Assembly (NCBI GenBank): GCA_035084275.1
Contig: CM068771.1
Span: 4,340,001-4,404,000 of the forward strand
Source of the DNA: Hydrolagus colliei
Taxonomy: Eukaryota
Direction of reading: 5' to 3'
Length of the DNA stretch: 64,000 nucleotides
A program made the position numbers and the translations under genes. The number at the start of each line of letters is the position of its first letter. The stretch's first letter is position 1. Shown here in pieces: positions 1 through 10,248 of the stretch. The notes under the pieces are model-generated. The model was not told where the DNA came from. It searched no databases and saw nothing but the letters and a program-made list of their open reading frames with translations.

Positions 1-852
1 CAACCGCTGACAAGGTGTGAGAGCGGCAAGAGGGGCCCATGTGTTGCGGTTGCTGGGAGGACTGACTGAGGTCCTCCTCATGGCTTTCCCTCCCATCTCT
101 CATTAAATGGTGAGGGGGCGGGGGGAGATAGGGACTGAGCCCCCACCAGCCCTCACCACCCACCGTCTATTTGACTGTTGTAACCGCGAGGTTTGGATGG
201 AGCCGAGTGTTTGATTCTGGGCTTTTCCCCCAGTTTTGAGCTGAGTCTGAGACAGGAATCAATTACAATGAAAACTTCATCACCAGCTGGTCTCTGGGCT
301 TGTGCTGAGAGAATCTGAGCTTCCATCAGTGTGTGAGCTCACACGGTCTGAGACAGGGATATCGGCTGATATCTTCCTCTCCAGCAATGCCCAGTCTCAC
401 AGTCGGGGGCTGGGCTCAGAATCTCACTGAAATCTCCCAAATCACTTTAGTGTCTATAAACAAGGTGACACATTCTACTCTAGCGTCAGCCTCGTCTCAC
501 TGTGTATAAACAATGTGTAATGTGTATTTTCAGTGACTACTTTTATAATCTGTGTAACATTTCTCATTCACTGTAACAATCACTCAAGACATTTAACCCT
601 CATTAAATCAATGTCCCGTTGTCTAGTCAAGTTGATATTATTATAGAAAATATTGTCATTGATTTGCAAAATACAAGAGCAATTAACAATAAATCATGTT
701 ATGTCATTATTTTATGCCCAATGATTATACACACTCTACACACTCTCCTCGCCCTCCCCCTCCCTCTCCCACCCCCACCACCCCGAAACACTCAGACACT
801 GATACACACACCACTGACCATCAACCCCTGATACAAGAACACAAACAAGTTA

Positions 853-1377
853 CAGGTAGACCCCACTTAACGTCGCCTCGGTTAACGTACTTTCGTTATT
901 ACATTGCTGATACATTGGAAACACACAAATATCCCTCCCCGACCGTGGAGGATACGTTCCTGAATCCCCCGCCCCCCCCCCCCCAAGTGATTAGTAAAAC
1001 CATGGTTGGCAAATACAAGGCCAACCGCGTGTCTGGTTGATGTAACTGGGTCATCGCACCAAACTCTAGTGTTAGTGTTGAAACCCATGGATGCGCAAAA
1101 TTCACTGCCGCGGTTGGCAAAGGTTGTCGCAGAGAGGAAACCACGGATACGGAGTGGGCAGCGAGAGAGATCGTCAGTGAGTGAGTGAGCCAGGAAGGCA
1201 GTCAGGGAGTGAGTGTAATGGGTTTGTTTTTGGAAATTTTTGACGAAAAATGTCCAAAAGAACCTAAATCCAGTTTTAACATTCATTCTTATGGGAAACA
1301 TGTAATCACTTAACGTTGTTTCGCTTAAAGTCGCACTTTTCAAGAACCAAACTACGATGTTAAGCGGGGTCTACCTG
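853..1377. mobile_element. Tigger/pogo-like non-autonomous DNA transposon (MITE)
   Basis: TIRs CAGGTAGACCCCACTTAACGTCG (853-) and revcomp CAGGTAGACCCCGCTTAACATCG (-1377), 21/23 match, with TA on both sides (851-852, 1378-1379); no transposase ORF. Confidence 0.85.
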
Positions 1378-1790
1378 TACATTTTCACAGCATCTTTCAT
1401 GTCAGGAGGACGTCCCTAGGCGCTGACAATCAGGGATCCCCACCTGATCTGGTGTTTGGGATCAGGAGGGGTGGAGGACAGGGAGGGGAGGGTAAGAGGT
1501 TTACCAATGGCACGGTTGAATAGGGGGGTCTTCAGATGCGGCTTGAAGGAAGCAATGGAGGGCGTGAGGTGGAGAGACTGAGGGTGCGTGCAGAGAGGTT
1601 GATAGTTCACCTGCCAATGAGAGGGCGGAGCAGTTGATCGAGTTGTTATTACTGCATCATTGTCTTCAAGCTACTTGTGCACTTCTTATGAAGCTTTGCC
1701 TGATTTTCTGCTGTTTCCCACCCTTTTCCCCAAAAATGTCAGTTCACATTACAAACCGTTTGATTTGTATTTCTAACTAACCCCAGCACT

Positions 1791-3364
1791 TTCCGGAAGT
1801 TTATTTGATGTTTTAAGCTTTTTTCCAGCACTTTCTAGAAGTTGATCACCAGTAGGCACCTTCACGTGAACGTTTGGCTAATTTCCATCTGCACTTCCAT
1901 CTTGAAACATCCGTTGATTTGTATAAATTTCACACATGTTCACATTGAAATAATAATAACTTCACATTAACTTACGTTCAACGTCAAGGTGTTTTGAACA
2001 ATTTTAATGAAGATTTGGCTGATTTCCAGCTGTGTCTTAAAACGTTCCCAAAATTTCAACAAATATTCAGAACAATTTGATCTGAATTTCCAGTTTATTA
2101 GAGCACTTTCCAGGAGTTTCAGCGAATTTTCAGCTGTTTTTCCAGCACTTTCTAGAAGTTACAGTAGTCATCAGTAGTGCCCAGCCCACTTTCATGTGAA
2201 CTTTTGGCTCATTTCCAGCTGCATATTTTTTAAATATGTGTTGATTTCCATCAATTTAGCACATTTCAATTCACTTTACAGTATATTCTGTGAAGCGCTT
2301 TGTTACGTCGATAAGACATGAAAAAGCGCTGTATCAAATGCAAGGATTATTATTATTATTTTTATATTAAACTTACATTCGACTTCAAGATGTTTGTTAC
2401 CCATTTATATTACCCATTTCTGACACATAATGAATATCTGTCTGATTTCCGAAAGTGTCTTAACACTTTCTTCAAGTTTCAACAAAAGTTCCAAGCAATT
2501 TCCCTCTTTTCCCCCCTTTCTCCCTTGACCCCACTTCCGTGACTGTTTATCGGACGCTGCCGTGCGCAGTTTGGCTGCCACGTTTCGCCCACAAATATAG
2601 TCAATTCTCCTCTCCTTCATCCTACCCCAACCCCTCCCCCCCTTCTCTTGTCCCTACCTGACTGTACAGCGCCTTGGGATGTCCTCTCAATGTGAAAGGC
2701 GCCACGTAAATGTAAGTTTTGATTGATAGATTGATTGTTTGTTTGATTGATTGATTGATTGATGGATCAATCAATCAATCGAATGAATGAATGAATGTCC
2801 AATGGTTTCCAGAACTTTCTAGAAGCTTTAACACATTTTCAGCTGTTTTTCCAGCACTTTCTAGAAGTTACAGTAGTCACCAGTAGTGCCCAGCCCACTT
2901 TCACGTGAACTTTTGGCTCATTTCCAGCTGTACATTCTTGAAATATCTGCTGATTTCCATTAATTTAGCACATTTCAATTCACTTTACAGTACATTCTGT
3001 GAAGCGCTTTGTGACGTCGATAAGACGTGAAAAAGCACCAGATCAAATGCGACGATTATTATTATTATTTTCATATTAAGATAATAATTACAACTTCACG
3101 CAAACTTACATTCAACTTCAAGATGTTTTTGACACATTTACACATTTACATTGCACATAATGAATCTCTGGCTGATTTTCCAAAGTGTCTTAACTCTTTC
3201 CCCAGTTTCAGCAAAAGTTCCAAGCAATTGTATCTGAACGCCCGATGGTTTCCAGAACTCTCCGGAAGCTTTCGCACACATCCAGCACTTTCCAGAAGCT
3301 ACTGGCCGCGCCTGGTAATTTCGCATGAACCTCTGGCACGTGGCCAGCTGATCGTTCTGGAAGT
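1791..3364. promoter_or_regulatory. Array of heat-shock elements (nGAAn inverted repeats) upstream of HSP70
   Basis: Perfect TTCcaGAActTTCtaGAA at 2807-2824; TTCcaGCActTTCtaGAA at 1823-1840, 2140-2157 and 2849-2866; TTCcaGAActCTCcgGAA at 3250-3267; further TTCnnGAA at 1791, 3290 and 3355. Confidence 0.85.
2127..3229. repeat. Direct duplication of an approx. 380-bp HSE-bearing unit (2127-2500 vs 2836-3229)
   Basis: Both copies start TTTTCAGCTGTTTTTCCAGCACTTTCTAGAAGTTACAGTAGTCA, contain the same SINE 3' tail fragment and end AAAAGTTCCAAGCAATT; diverged partial copies at about 1820-1900 and 3280-3350. Confidence 0.85.
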
Positions 3365-3570
3365 TTAACCCGATTCCCGTTGATCCCGGACGTCTCCGCA
3401 CAATCACAACAACAACAACAATAATAATTCCACACGAATTCGCGGTTGATTCCGGCTGTTTTTCCCGCTAATTTTCAGCAGATTGCCAGCAGTTTGGAGG
3501 CATTGTTTTTTTACTGAAGTTTGGGGCAGATTTTCAGGTGTTTGAGCCCCTTTTCCCTGTTGACCCCCAC

Positions 3571-3729
3571 AGGTCTGAGCCCCTCCCCCAGGTCTGAGCC
3601 CCTCCCCCAGGTCTGAGCCCCTCCCCCAGATCTGAGCCCCTCCCCCAGGTCTGAGCCCCTCCCCCAGGTCTGAGCCCCTCCCCCAGGTCTGAGCCCCTCC
3701 CCCAGGTCTGAGCCCCTCCCCCAGGTCAG
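3571..3729. repeat. 19-bp minisatellite (AGGTCTGAGCCCCTCCCCC) x8
   Basis: Read directly; period 19, one copy has AGATCT. Confidence 0.95.
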
Positions 3730-3822
3730 ATCTCCCAGAGCTGGGAATGAAGTTCCTCTGATTTCCAGCTGTTTCTGGACTGGGTTCCTTCCTGAAGTCT
3801 CCACAACGTTCCACGCGCTCCG

Positions 3823-3962
3823 ATTGGCCGCCGACCAGGAAGCGGCCGGGGGCGTCCTCTTTGTGACATCACCTTGACGCCCTCTGATTGGCCCCCCTCC
3901 ACCCCCCCCCCCCCCCGAGGCCGCCAGGCCCCGCCCACAACCAAGAAACCAGCCTTTATATA
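3823..3962 (+). promoter_or_regulatory. HSP70 core promoter: two inverted CCAAT boxes, GC box, TATA box
   Basis: ATTGG at 3823 and 3887, CCCCGCCC at about 3929, TTTATATA at 3955-3962, about 400 nt upstream of the HSP70 ATG. Confidence 0.75.
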
Positions 3963-4019
3963 CAGGGCGAGGAGTGAAGCCAGGCTCAGACACTGAGACA
4001 GACTGAGAGTCAGACTGAC

Positions 4020-4148
4020 ACTGAGACAGACTGACACTGAGACAGACTGACACTGAGACAGGCTGACACTGAGACAGACTGACACTGAGACAGACTGACA
4101 CTGAGACAGACTGACACTGAGACAGACTGACACTGAGACAGACTGACG
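4020..4148. repeat. 16-bp tandem repeat (ACTGAGACAGACTGAC) x about 8 in the predicted HSP70 5' leader
   Basis: Read directly; lies between the TATA box and the ATG. Confidence 0.9.
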
Positions 4149-4363
4149 CTGAGAGGGGCTGAGAGACTGAAAGCCTGAGAAACAAGAAGGGAGAGAGAGA
4201 GAAAGAAGAGAGAGAGCGAAGGACGGAGCTACAAGAAGAAGACATAAAGAGGAAAACACCTTCGCGGCGACTTCAGTCCAAGACTCACTGACATTGGGAC
4301 AGCGATTCGGAGCCAAAGGATCTAAGTCACGTACAGACGCGCTCACGTACAGACGGCAGGACA

Positions 4364-6268
4364 ATGGCCCCAGCGATTGGCATCGACCTGGGCACCACCT
4401 ACTCGTGTGTGGGTGTGTTCCAGCACGGCAAGGTGGAGATCATCGCCAACGACCAGGGCAACCGCACCACACCCAGCTACGTGGCCTTCAACGACACCGA
4501 GAGGCTGATCGGCGAAGCCGCCAAGAACCAAGCGGCCCTCAACCCCCCCAACACCGTCTTCGATGCCAAGAGGCTGATCGGGAGGAAGTTCGATGACCCT
4601 GTGGTGCAGGCGGACATGAAGCACTGGCCTTTCCAGGTGGTGAGCCAGGGGGGCAAGCCCAAGGTGCAGGTTGAGTACAAGGGAGAGTCCAAGACTTTCA
4701 ACCCCGAAGAGATCTCGTCCATGGTTCTGACCAAGATGAAGGAGATCGCCGAGGCTTATCTGGGCTCCAGAGTCACCAACGCTGTCATCACGGTGCCCGC
4801 TTACTTCAACGACTCCCAGCGCCAGGCCACCAAAGACGCCGGGATGATCGCGGGGCTCAACGTCCTTCGCATCATTAATGAGCCCACGGCAGCCGCCATC
4901 GCCTACGGTCTGGACAAGAAGGGCCAGGGGGAGAAGAACGTCCTGATCTTTGACCTGGGTGGAGGCACCTTCGACGTGTCCATCCTCGCCATCGACGGCG
5001 GGATCTTTGAGGTCAAATCCACAGCCGGTGACACCCACCTGGGGGGCGAGGACTTTGACAGCCGTATGGTCGACCACTTCATCCAGGAGTTCAAGAGGAA
5101 AAACAAGAGGGACATCAGCCAGAACAAGAGAGCAGTCAGGAGGCTGAGGACAGCCTGCGAGAGAGCAAAGAGGACTCTGTCTTCAAGCACCCAAGCCAGC
5201 ATTGAGATCGACTCACTGTTTGAGGGAATTGACTTCTACACCTCCATCACCAGGGCACGGTTTGAGGAGCTCAATGGAGACCTGTTCAGAGGAACCCTGG
5301 AGCCAGTGGAGAAAGCGTTGACAGACGCCAAGCTGGACAAGTCTCAGATCCACGAAGTTGTCCTCGTCGGTGGCTCCACTCGCATCCCGAAGATCCAGAA
5401 GCTTCTACAGGATTTCTTCAACGGCCGAGAGCTGAACAAGAGCATCAACCCGGATGAGGCAGTGGCCTACGGGGCAGCTGTGCAAGCCGCCATCTTGATG
5501 GGCGACAAGTCTGAGAATGTGCAGGATCTGCTCCTGCTGGACGTGACTCCTCTGTCCCTGGGTCTGGAGACAGCGGGAGGCGTCATGACCTCCCTCATCA
5601 AGAGAAACTCAACCATACCCTCCAAACAGACCCAGGTCTTCACCACCTACTCCGACAACCAGTCCGGTGTCTTGGTGCAAGTCTACGAGGGCGAGAGAGC
5701 CATGACCAAGGACAACAACCTCCTGGGCAAGTTTGAGCTGAGTGGAATCCCCCCGGCTCCCCGCGGGGTCCCGCAGATCCAGGTTACCTTCGACATCGAT
5801 GCCAACGGCATCCTTAGTGTCTCGGCCGCTGACAAGAGCACTGGTAATGAGAACAAGATCACCATCACCAACGAGAAGGGCCGGCTGAGCAAGGAGGAGA
5901 TCGAGAGGATGGTGCAGGAGGCTGAGAGGTACAAGGCGGATGATGAGACGCAGCGGGAGAGGGTGATGGCCAAGAACAAGCTGGAGTCGTTCGTCTACAC
6001 AGCCAAATGTGCGATGGAGGACAAGAGCATGGAGGGCAAGGTGGGAGAGGAGGACAGGCGGCAGGTGCTGGACAAGTGCAAACAGGTCATCAACTGGCTG
6101 GATGGAAACCAGACAGCGGAGAAGGAAGAGTTTGAGCACCAGCTGAAGGAGCTGGAGAGGGTGTGCAGTCCTGTCATGGCCAGGCTGAGGCAGGGAGGGG
6201 CAGAGGGCGGTCAGCGATCAGGCAAGAGCTGCCCATCTACCGGCCCAACCGTGGAGGAAGTCGATTAA
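4364..6268 (+). CDS. hsp70: Heat shock 70 kDa protein, cytosolic, intronless (inducible type), 634 aa
   Basis: [22 protein letters not shown] and [12 protein letters not shown] signatures, C-terminal EEVD, single uninterrupted ORF, HSE-rich upstream region. Confidence 0.98.
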   Translation: MAPAIGIDLGTTYSCVGVFQHGKVEIIANDQGNRTTPSYVAFNDTERLIGEAAKNQAALNPPNTVFDAKRLIGRKFDDPVVQADMKHWPFQVVSQGGKPKVQVEYKGESKTFNPEEISSMVLTKMKEIAEAYLGSRVTNAVITVPAYFNDSQRQATKDAGMIAGLNVLRIINEPTAAAIAYGLDKKGQGEKNVLIFDLGGGTFDVSILAIDGGIFEVKSTAGDTHLGGEDFDSRMVDHFIQEFKRKNKRDISQNKRAVRRLRTACERAKRTLSSSTQASIEIDSLFEGIDFYTSITRARFEELNGDLFRGTLEPVEKALTDAKLDKSQIHEVVLVGGSTRIPKIQKLLQDFFNGRELNKSINPDEAVAYGAAVQAAILMGDKSENVQDLLLLDVTPLSLGLETAGGVMTSLIKRNSTIPSKQTQVFTTYSDNQSGVLVQVYEGERAMTKDNNLLGKFELSGIPPAPRGVPQIQVTFDIDANGILSVSAADKSTGNENKITITNEKGRLSKEEIERMVQEAERYKADDETQRERVMAKNKLESFVYTAKCAMEDKSMEGKVGEEDRRQVLDKCKQVINWLDGNQTAEKEEFEHQLKELERVCSPVMARLRQGGAEGGQRSGKSCPSTGPTVEEVD

Positions 6269-6369
6269 ACGTCAGCCGATGGACTTCCTGCCCCTTTGGC
6301 TTTTCTGTACCTGCTCAGGTGTTAATCTTTCCCACCTTCAGACACTTTGGGATATATGTATAAATGATA

Positions 6370-6495
6370 AACGTATAGGGCTATGGGTTAAGAGTAAGGG
6401 TGTGGGACTGATTGGGTAGATCTTTCAAACAGCCAGCGCAGATACAATGGGCCTAATGGTCTACTTATTTGCGGTAAGATTGAATGATTCTATGT
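6370..6495 (+). mobile_element. CR1 LINE 3' end fragment
   Basis: GGCTATGGG...GGGCCTAATGGTCTACTT...ATTCTATG resembles the CR1 tails at 15360-15480 and 43220-43340. Confidence 0.6.
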
Positions 6496-6629
6496 ATATT
6501 TTGAACTAATGATCTGCTATGAATGTATGTCACAGTGACAGCAGCTGGACTCTGAATTTTATTTTATTAAACTGTTTGTACCCGATGTACTTCTGTGTGT
6601 GTGTGTGTGTGAGATTCATACTGGCTCAA

Positions 6630-6850
6630 ACACTGGGGCCCTCAACTCTGAGTCAGAAGGTTGTGGGTGGAAGCCACACACTGGGCCGTGGAACCACAGT
6701 CTACCATGACACTTGAATGCAGGCGCTGGGTGGGGAGGGGGGCGTTGGGTGGGGGAGGGGGAGGGTGGAGTGTGGGGTTTGCGACATCGTCAGAACTGGC
6801 ATTCATCAAACGAAACATTAAAGTGAGCTCCTGTCAGCGCAGTGTTTCAC
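6630..6850 (+). mobile_element. Old tRNA-derived SINE fragment (LF-SINE/SacSINE1-like head)
   Basis: CTCTGAGTCAGAAGGTTGTGGGT head followed by GACATCGTCAGAACTGGCATTCATCAAACGAAACATTAAAGTGAGCTCCTGTC; a related head lies on the minus strand at about 46737-46800. Family assignment is from recalled consensus. Confidence 0.55.
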
Positions 6851-7598
6851 AAACAGTTGTGGATTTCGTGAGCAAATGTTATTATTGTTAAGGGATTGTG
6901 ACCCCAGTAAAGTGATCGGAAATCGCCCTAGAACTGTGGTCCTTTTCCCTGCAGGATAAACAGAGGCGTGTGGAATGGCGGTGTTGATGGGGAAACTTCA
7001 CCCTATTATTCACAGTAAAACATCAATAATAATCCTGACGTTTGAGAAGCGCCTTTCGTGTCAGGTGGACATCTCAAAGAGCTTCACAGGTTACACCATA
7101 AACATAAGAGCTGAGAACTTCCAGAACATGATTAAACAGTAAAATTCACATCAGTATTATTGCTAACACACCTGGACCCGAGTAAATTTACCTTTCCCTC
7201 GTGTCTCCCGATGTAGTTAAGTTAGAGGGCGATATCAGAAACAGAATCATTTACTGAGGGTTAAATTGACCGGCTGGGTGGATACAATGGACGTCGGTTA
7301 AATCGGACACGAAAGAGCCGAGCATTTAATCTGAAATAAGCAGCTTCTGAGGCTGACCGCTATCGATGTATTAAATCTCATCCTTTGTTTTAACCCAATT
7401 ACTGACAACATAGTAACGCCAATTACTACAACATATAGCGCCTCTGACGTCAGGAGGAAGTCCCGAGGCACTGTCACCAATTGCTGATGTGTAAAGCCCT
7501 GAACACAATGCTCACTGTCATTTACAAACTAAGAAGGTGATTGATACCTTGATAAATAGTGTTCACAGAAAACGGGTAAAAAAAGAAGTGACAGAAAC

Positions 7599-9122
7599 TT
7601 AAACTTTTTTATTGAAAAGTTCTCTCAAGTCGGACTGTACGAGATCAGCGTGGCGTCGCTCTCTGATGCTCGCAACGATGTCGTTAAGTGCGTTCGAAAA
7701 CTTGTTGTAGAGTCCGCTCTTTAGTAAGAAGCGTTCAGCCTCTCGCAGGCCAGTCAGAGCTGTGCTGGCTGTCACAGGCGAGGCCCCATTGTCCTCAGAG
7801 TCGCTGTCGCTGCTGTTCTCGACTAGTAGGCGCTCGGCGGCACCAGCTTCGGCCACGATATTCTCCTGACCTTGCGGATCACGGCAAGGTAGATCAGAGT
7901 CAATGTCCAGGAACTGGTCAGCGATCTGCCTCTCGCCCTCTGTGCTTGTCTTCTCGTCAGCCTCAGCACGGGGAGCAGCGTCACCAGACGCAAACCCTGC
8001 CTTTGCGAAGCAATTGGATATCATCGCAGGCTCCATGCTCTCCCAGGCCCTGGCAGCCATGCCGATGGCATCCAGCAGGCTGATGTGTCTGGCCATCTTT
8101 CCCACCGAGGCCTGGGGGCTGATGGTGTTGCTGTCAATGGCGTCGAGGAGGCGATTCCGTAGCTCCTCGCGGTAGGAAAACTTCAGGTGTCGGATGATTC
8201 CTTGACCCATGGGTTGGATCATGGTGGTGTCCGGGGGAATCAGCTCCAGGCAGATGTTCTTAAGCATTGGGACGGTCAGATGACACGGTGCGCTGTCCAT
8301 GAGAAGAAGAATTTTACGCCCCAGGTTGACCAGCTCTGTGTCCCACTGCACCAGCCACTCCTTAAATATCGTTCCTGTCATCCACGCCATTTTGTTGGCC
8401 TTATAGGTGACAGGCAGAACGGCGCAGTCGACTCCCTGCATACAGCGAGGGCGCTGGCTCTTCCCGATGACCAGCAGTTTGCGCCGGTCGCAGCCGGTCA
8501 TGTTGGCGCAGACCATCAGCGTGACACTGTCCGTCGCTCCCTTTACACCACTCGGCTCAGTCGGGTGCAAATACGAGCCGTTGGGCACCGCGCGATAGCG
8601 CAGCCACGTTTCCTCCGCGTTGTAGATGGCATCTGGGGCATAGGAAGAGAGCAGCACGGTGCGGGAGTTAGCGCCCTCTAGGCCAGCGCTCCTCAGCTCT
8701 CCGGGAAACAGCCTGTACACTATGTTGTTACGTGCCTTCCAGCGGCTAAACCAGCCGTCGGTCACGGTGAACCCCGGCTTCCCGAGCTCGTGCGCCAGGC
8801 TCTGCGCCTTGGCTTTGAGGATGGGCCCATTGAGCGGCTGCCCCTCGATGGACGCCCTTTGGAACCACAGGAGGAGAGCGAGCTCCACCTGGGGATCTTT
8901 GCCTTTGCGATCCCTCTTCTTACGCAGACCCACGTCGCCCTCGGCCAAGGTGGCCGCTGTCCGGCGCAGCTTCGTCTCACTGGCGACGAGGTCACCCAGC
9001 GTCGACTTCTTGACCCCGAGCCTCCTGGCCAGTTCTCGCAGGGGAGTCCCCCGCGGCTCCAACTTGACCCTGTCTAACACTTCTATCTTCTCCAAAAGCG
9101 TCCGGGACATTTTCTTCGACAT
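7599..9122 (-). CDS. Tigger transposable element-derived (TIGD4/TIGD6-like, CENP-B HTH + DDE_1) protein, 507 aa, probably domesticated
   Basis: N-terminal HTH (LLEKIEVLD...LARRLGVKKSTL), second HTH (LALLLWFQRA...GPILKAKA...GWFSRWKARNNI), DDE_1 motifs IYNAEET / LLMDSAPCH / QPMGQGII; intact ORF, no TIRs seen. Confidence 0.92.
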   Translation of the reverse strand: MSKKMSRTLLEKIEVLDRVKLEPRGTPLRELARRLGVKKSTLGDLVASETKLRRTAATLAEGDVGLRKKRDRKGKDPQVELALLLWFQRASIEGQPLNGPILKAKAQSLAHELGKPGFTVTDGWFSRWKARNNIVYRLFPGELRSAGLEGANSRTVLLSSYAPDAIYNAEETWLRYRAVPNGSYLHPTEPSGVKGATDSVTLMVCANMTGCDRRKLLVIGKSQRPRCMQGVDCAVLPVTYKANKMAWMTGTIFKEWLVQWDTELVNLGRKILLLMDSAPCHLTVPMLKNICLELIPPDTTMIQPMGQGIIRHLKFSYREELRNRLLDAIDSNTISPQASVGKMARHISLLDAIGMAARAWESMEPAMISNCFAKAGFASGDAAPRAEADEKTSTEGERQIADQFLDIDSDLPCRDPQGQENIVAEAGAAERLLVENSSDSDSEDNGASPVTASTALTGLREAERFLLKSGLYNKFSNALNDIVASIRERRHADLVQSDLRELFNKKV

Positions 9123-9179
9123 TATGGCTTCTTACGTGTTGAGAGGATGACACAAGTTTAACGATAGAAAATAATACTT

Positions 9180-10248
9180 CCGATGTCTCAAATGGCTTCA
9201 CAGGTCTTTTTTTTTTTTGGGGGGGGGGAGCGGAAAGGGAGGAAACGTCTGGTTCATTCCCGTCCGCCGGGAAATGTCCGGGAAGCGTCTGGTTCCTTAC
9301 CGAAGCGGTCGATAACCCTCCCCTTGGCCCCCCTCTCACTGGCTGTTGATTTGCCGCCCCCAGGGAGCTGCTGTCAATCAACGTGTGATTGGGGGACTCC
9401 TCCCCCCTGCGTTGATTGACAGTCACCAAGTTGACAGTGGAAACCAACCGAGACTTAGGGGGGAATGAGCGAGGGGAGGGGCTATTTGTCCGGATTATCC
9501 GGTGTCCAAGTTTACCCGAAGTCCGGATTCCGCAGCCGCCATTTTGTGCGTGTTGGACTATATCACGCGGTGACGCTGCGCGACACCAGCGATGCGTCCC
9601 GCGTTGTGTGGCTTACAAGCCGCGGTAACGCCTCGTCAGCAGCAGGTGGCGCTGCAGACACTCCCCTAATACGCCTCCCCCGCCCACCTACCGCTATTGT
9701 CAGTGATCACAACAGAGTTACAGCGCTTTTGAACGGCCGTGCAGAGAGCGACTGCGGGGGACTGTGCGTTCCCGCTGTGTGTTCTCTCTGCTACAACCCA
9801 AGTTAAACGGTGGTTAAACTCCAAACAAACGGAGGGAGGGAGGGGGGGGGAGCCACAATGCATCGCGCCAGAGACGGCTCTCTTGGCTGCCAAGACGGTG
9901 CCAATGCGCTCCACGCATGCGCCGCCTCGCCCCTTCAGCGCTCGACGTGGGGGGGGGGAAACGGGGACGGGGTGCAGTACGCATGCGCGGAGTCAGCCTC
10001 CCCACACGCACATACACACACTTACATACACACGGGGACTTTCCACCCGCGCAGTGCATTGTGGCTCCCGGCCAGCGTCATTGTTCCTCGCGTCATCAAC
10101 TCAACTCAAACCCCAACCCAGCGGGTTGCTGTTGCATTCTGGATCTGGACTCCCACTCCCATCCCTCTCCCCAGACCCCAAGAGGCTGTCAGTGACTGTG
10201 GTGTGTGGGAGTGAGAGGAGGAAGGGGGAGGAGGGGGAGGAGGGGAAC
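9180..10248. promoter_or_regulatory. CpG-rich bidirectional promoter between the TIGD-like gene (-) and TRIM-A (+)
   Basis: Visibly CpG-dense compared with the rest of the window; YY1-type GCCGCCATTTTG at 9535-9546; NRF1-type ACGCATGCGC at 9913 and 9979; divergent start codons 1127 nt apart. Confidence 0.65.

Noticed and set aside
1-81. Minus-strand open frame MRRTSVSPPSNRNTWAPLAALTPCQRL running off the window
   Set aside because: Too short and without a recognisable motif; cannot be supported without the adjacent sequence.
3571-3729. CRISPR-like arrays (also 4020-4148 and 27619-27767)
   Set aside because: Head-to-tail repeats with no unique spacers in a vertebrate genome.
3404-4364. Long minus-strand ORFs (136, 244 and 212 aa) over the HSP70 promoter
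   Set aside because: Generated by the 19-mer and 16-mer minisatellites; low-complexity translations.
4294-6177. Overlapping and antisense ORFs within HSP70 (e.g. 4343..5077 -, 5609..6139 -)
   Set aside because: Expected shadows of a GC3-rich coding frame; no independent motifs.
7441-7470. CRE palindrome TGACGTCA between HSP70 and the TIGD-like gene
   Set aside because: Part of the recurring L2/SINE tail (CACGTCAGGAGGACGTCC), not a unique element.
9739-10248. 170-aa N-terminal extension of TRIM-A in ORF 9739..10785
   Set aside because: Starts at a non-ATG codon; homology with TRIM-B ends about 60 nt upstream of ATG 10249.
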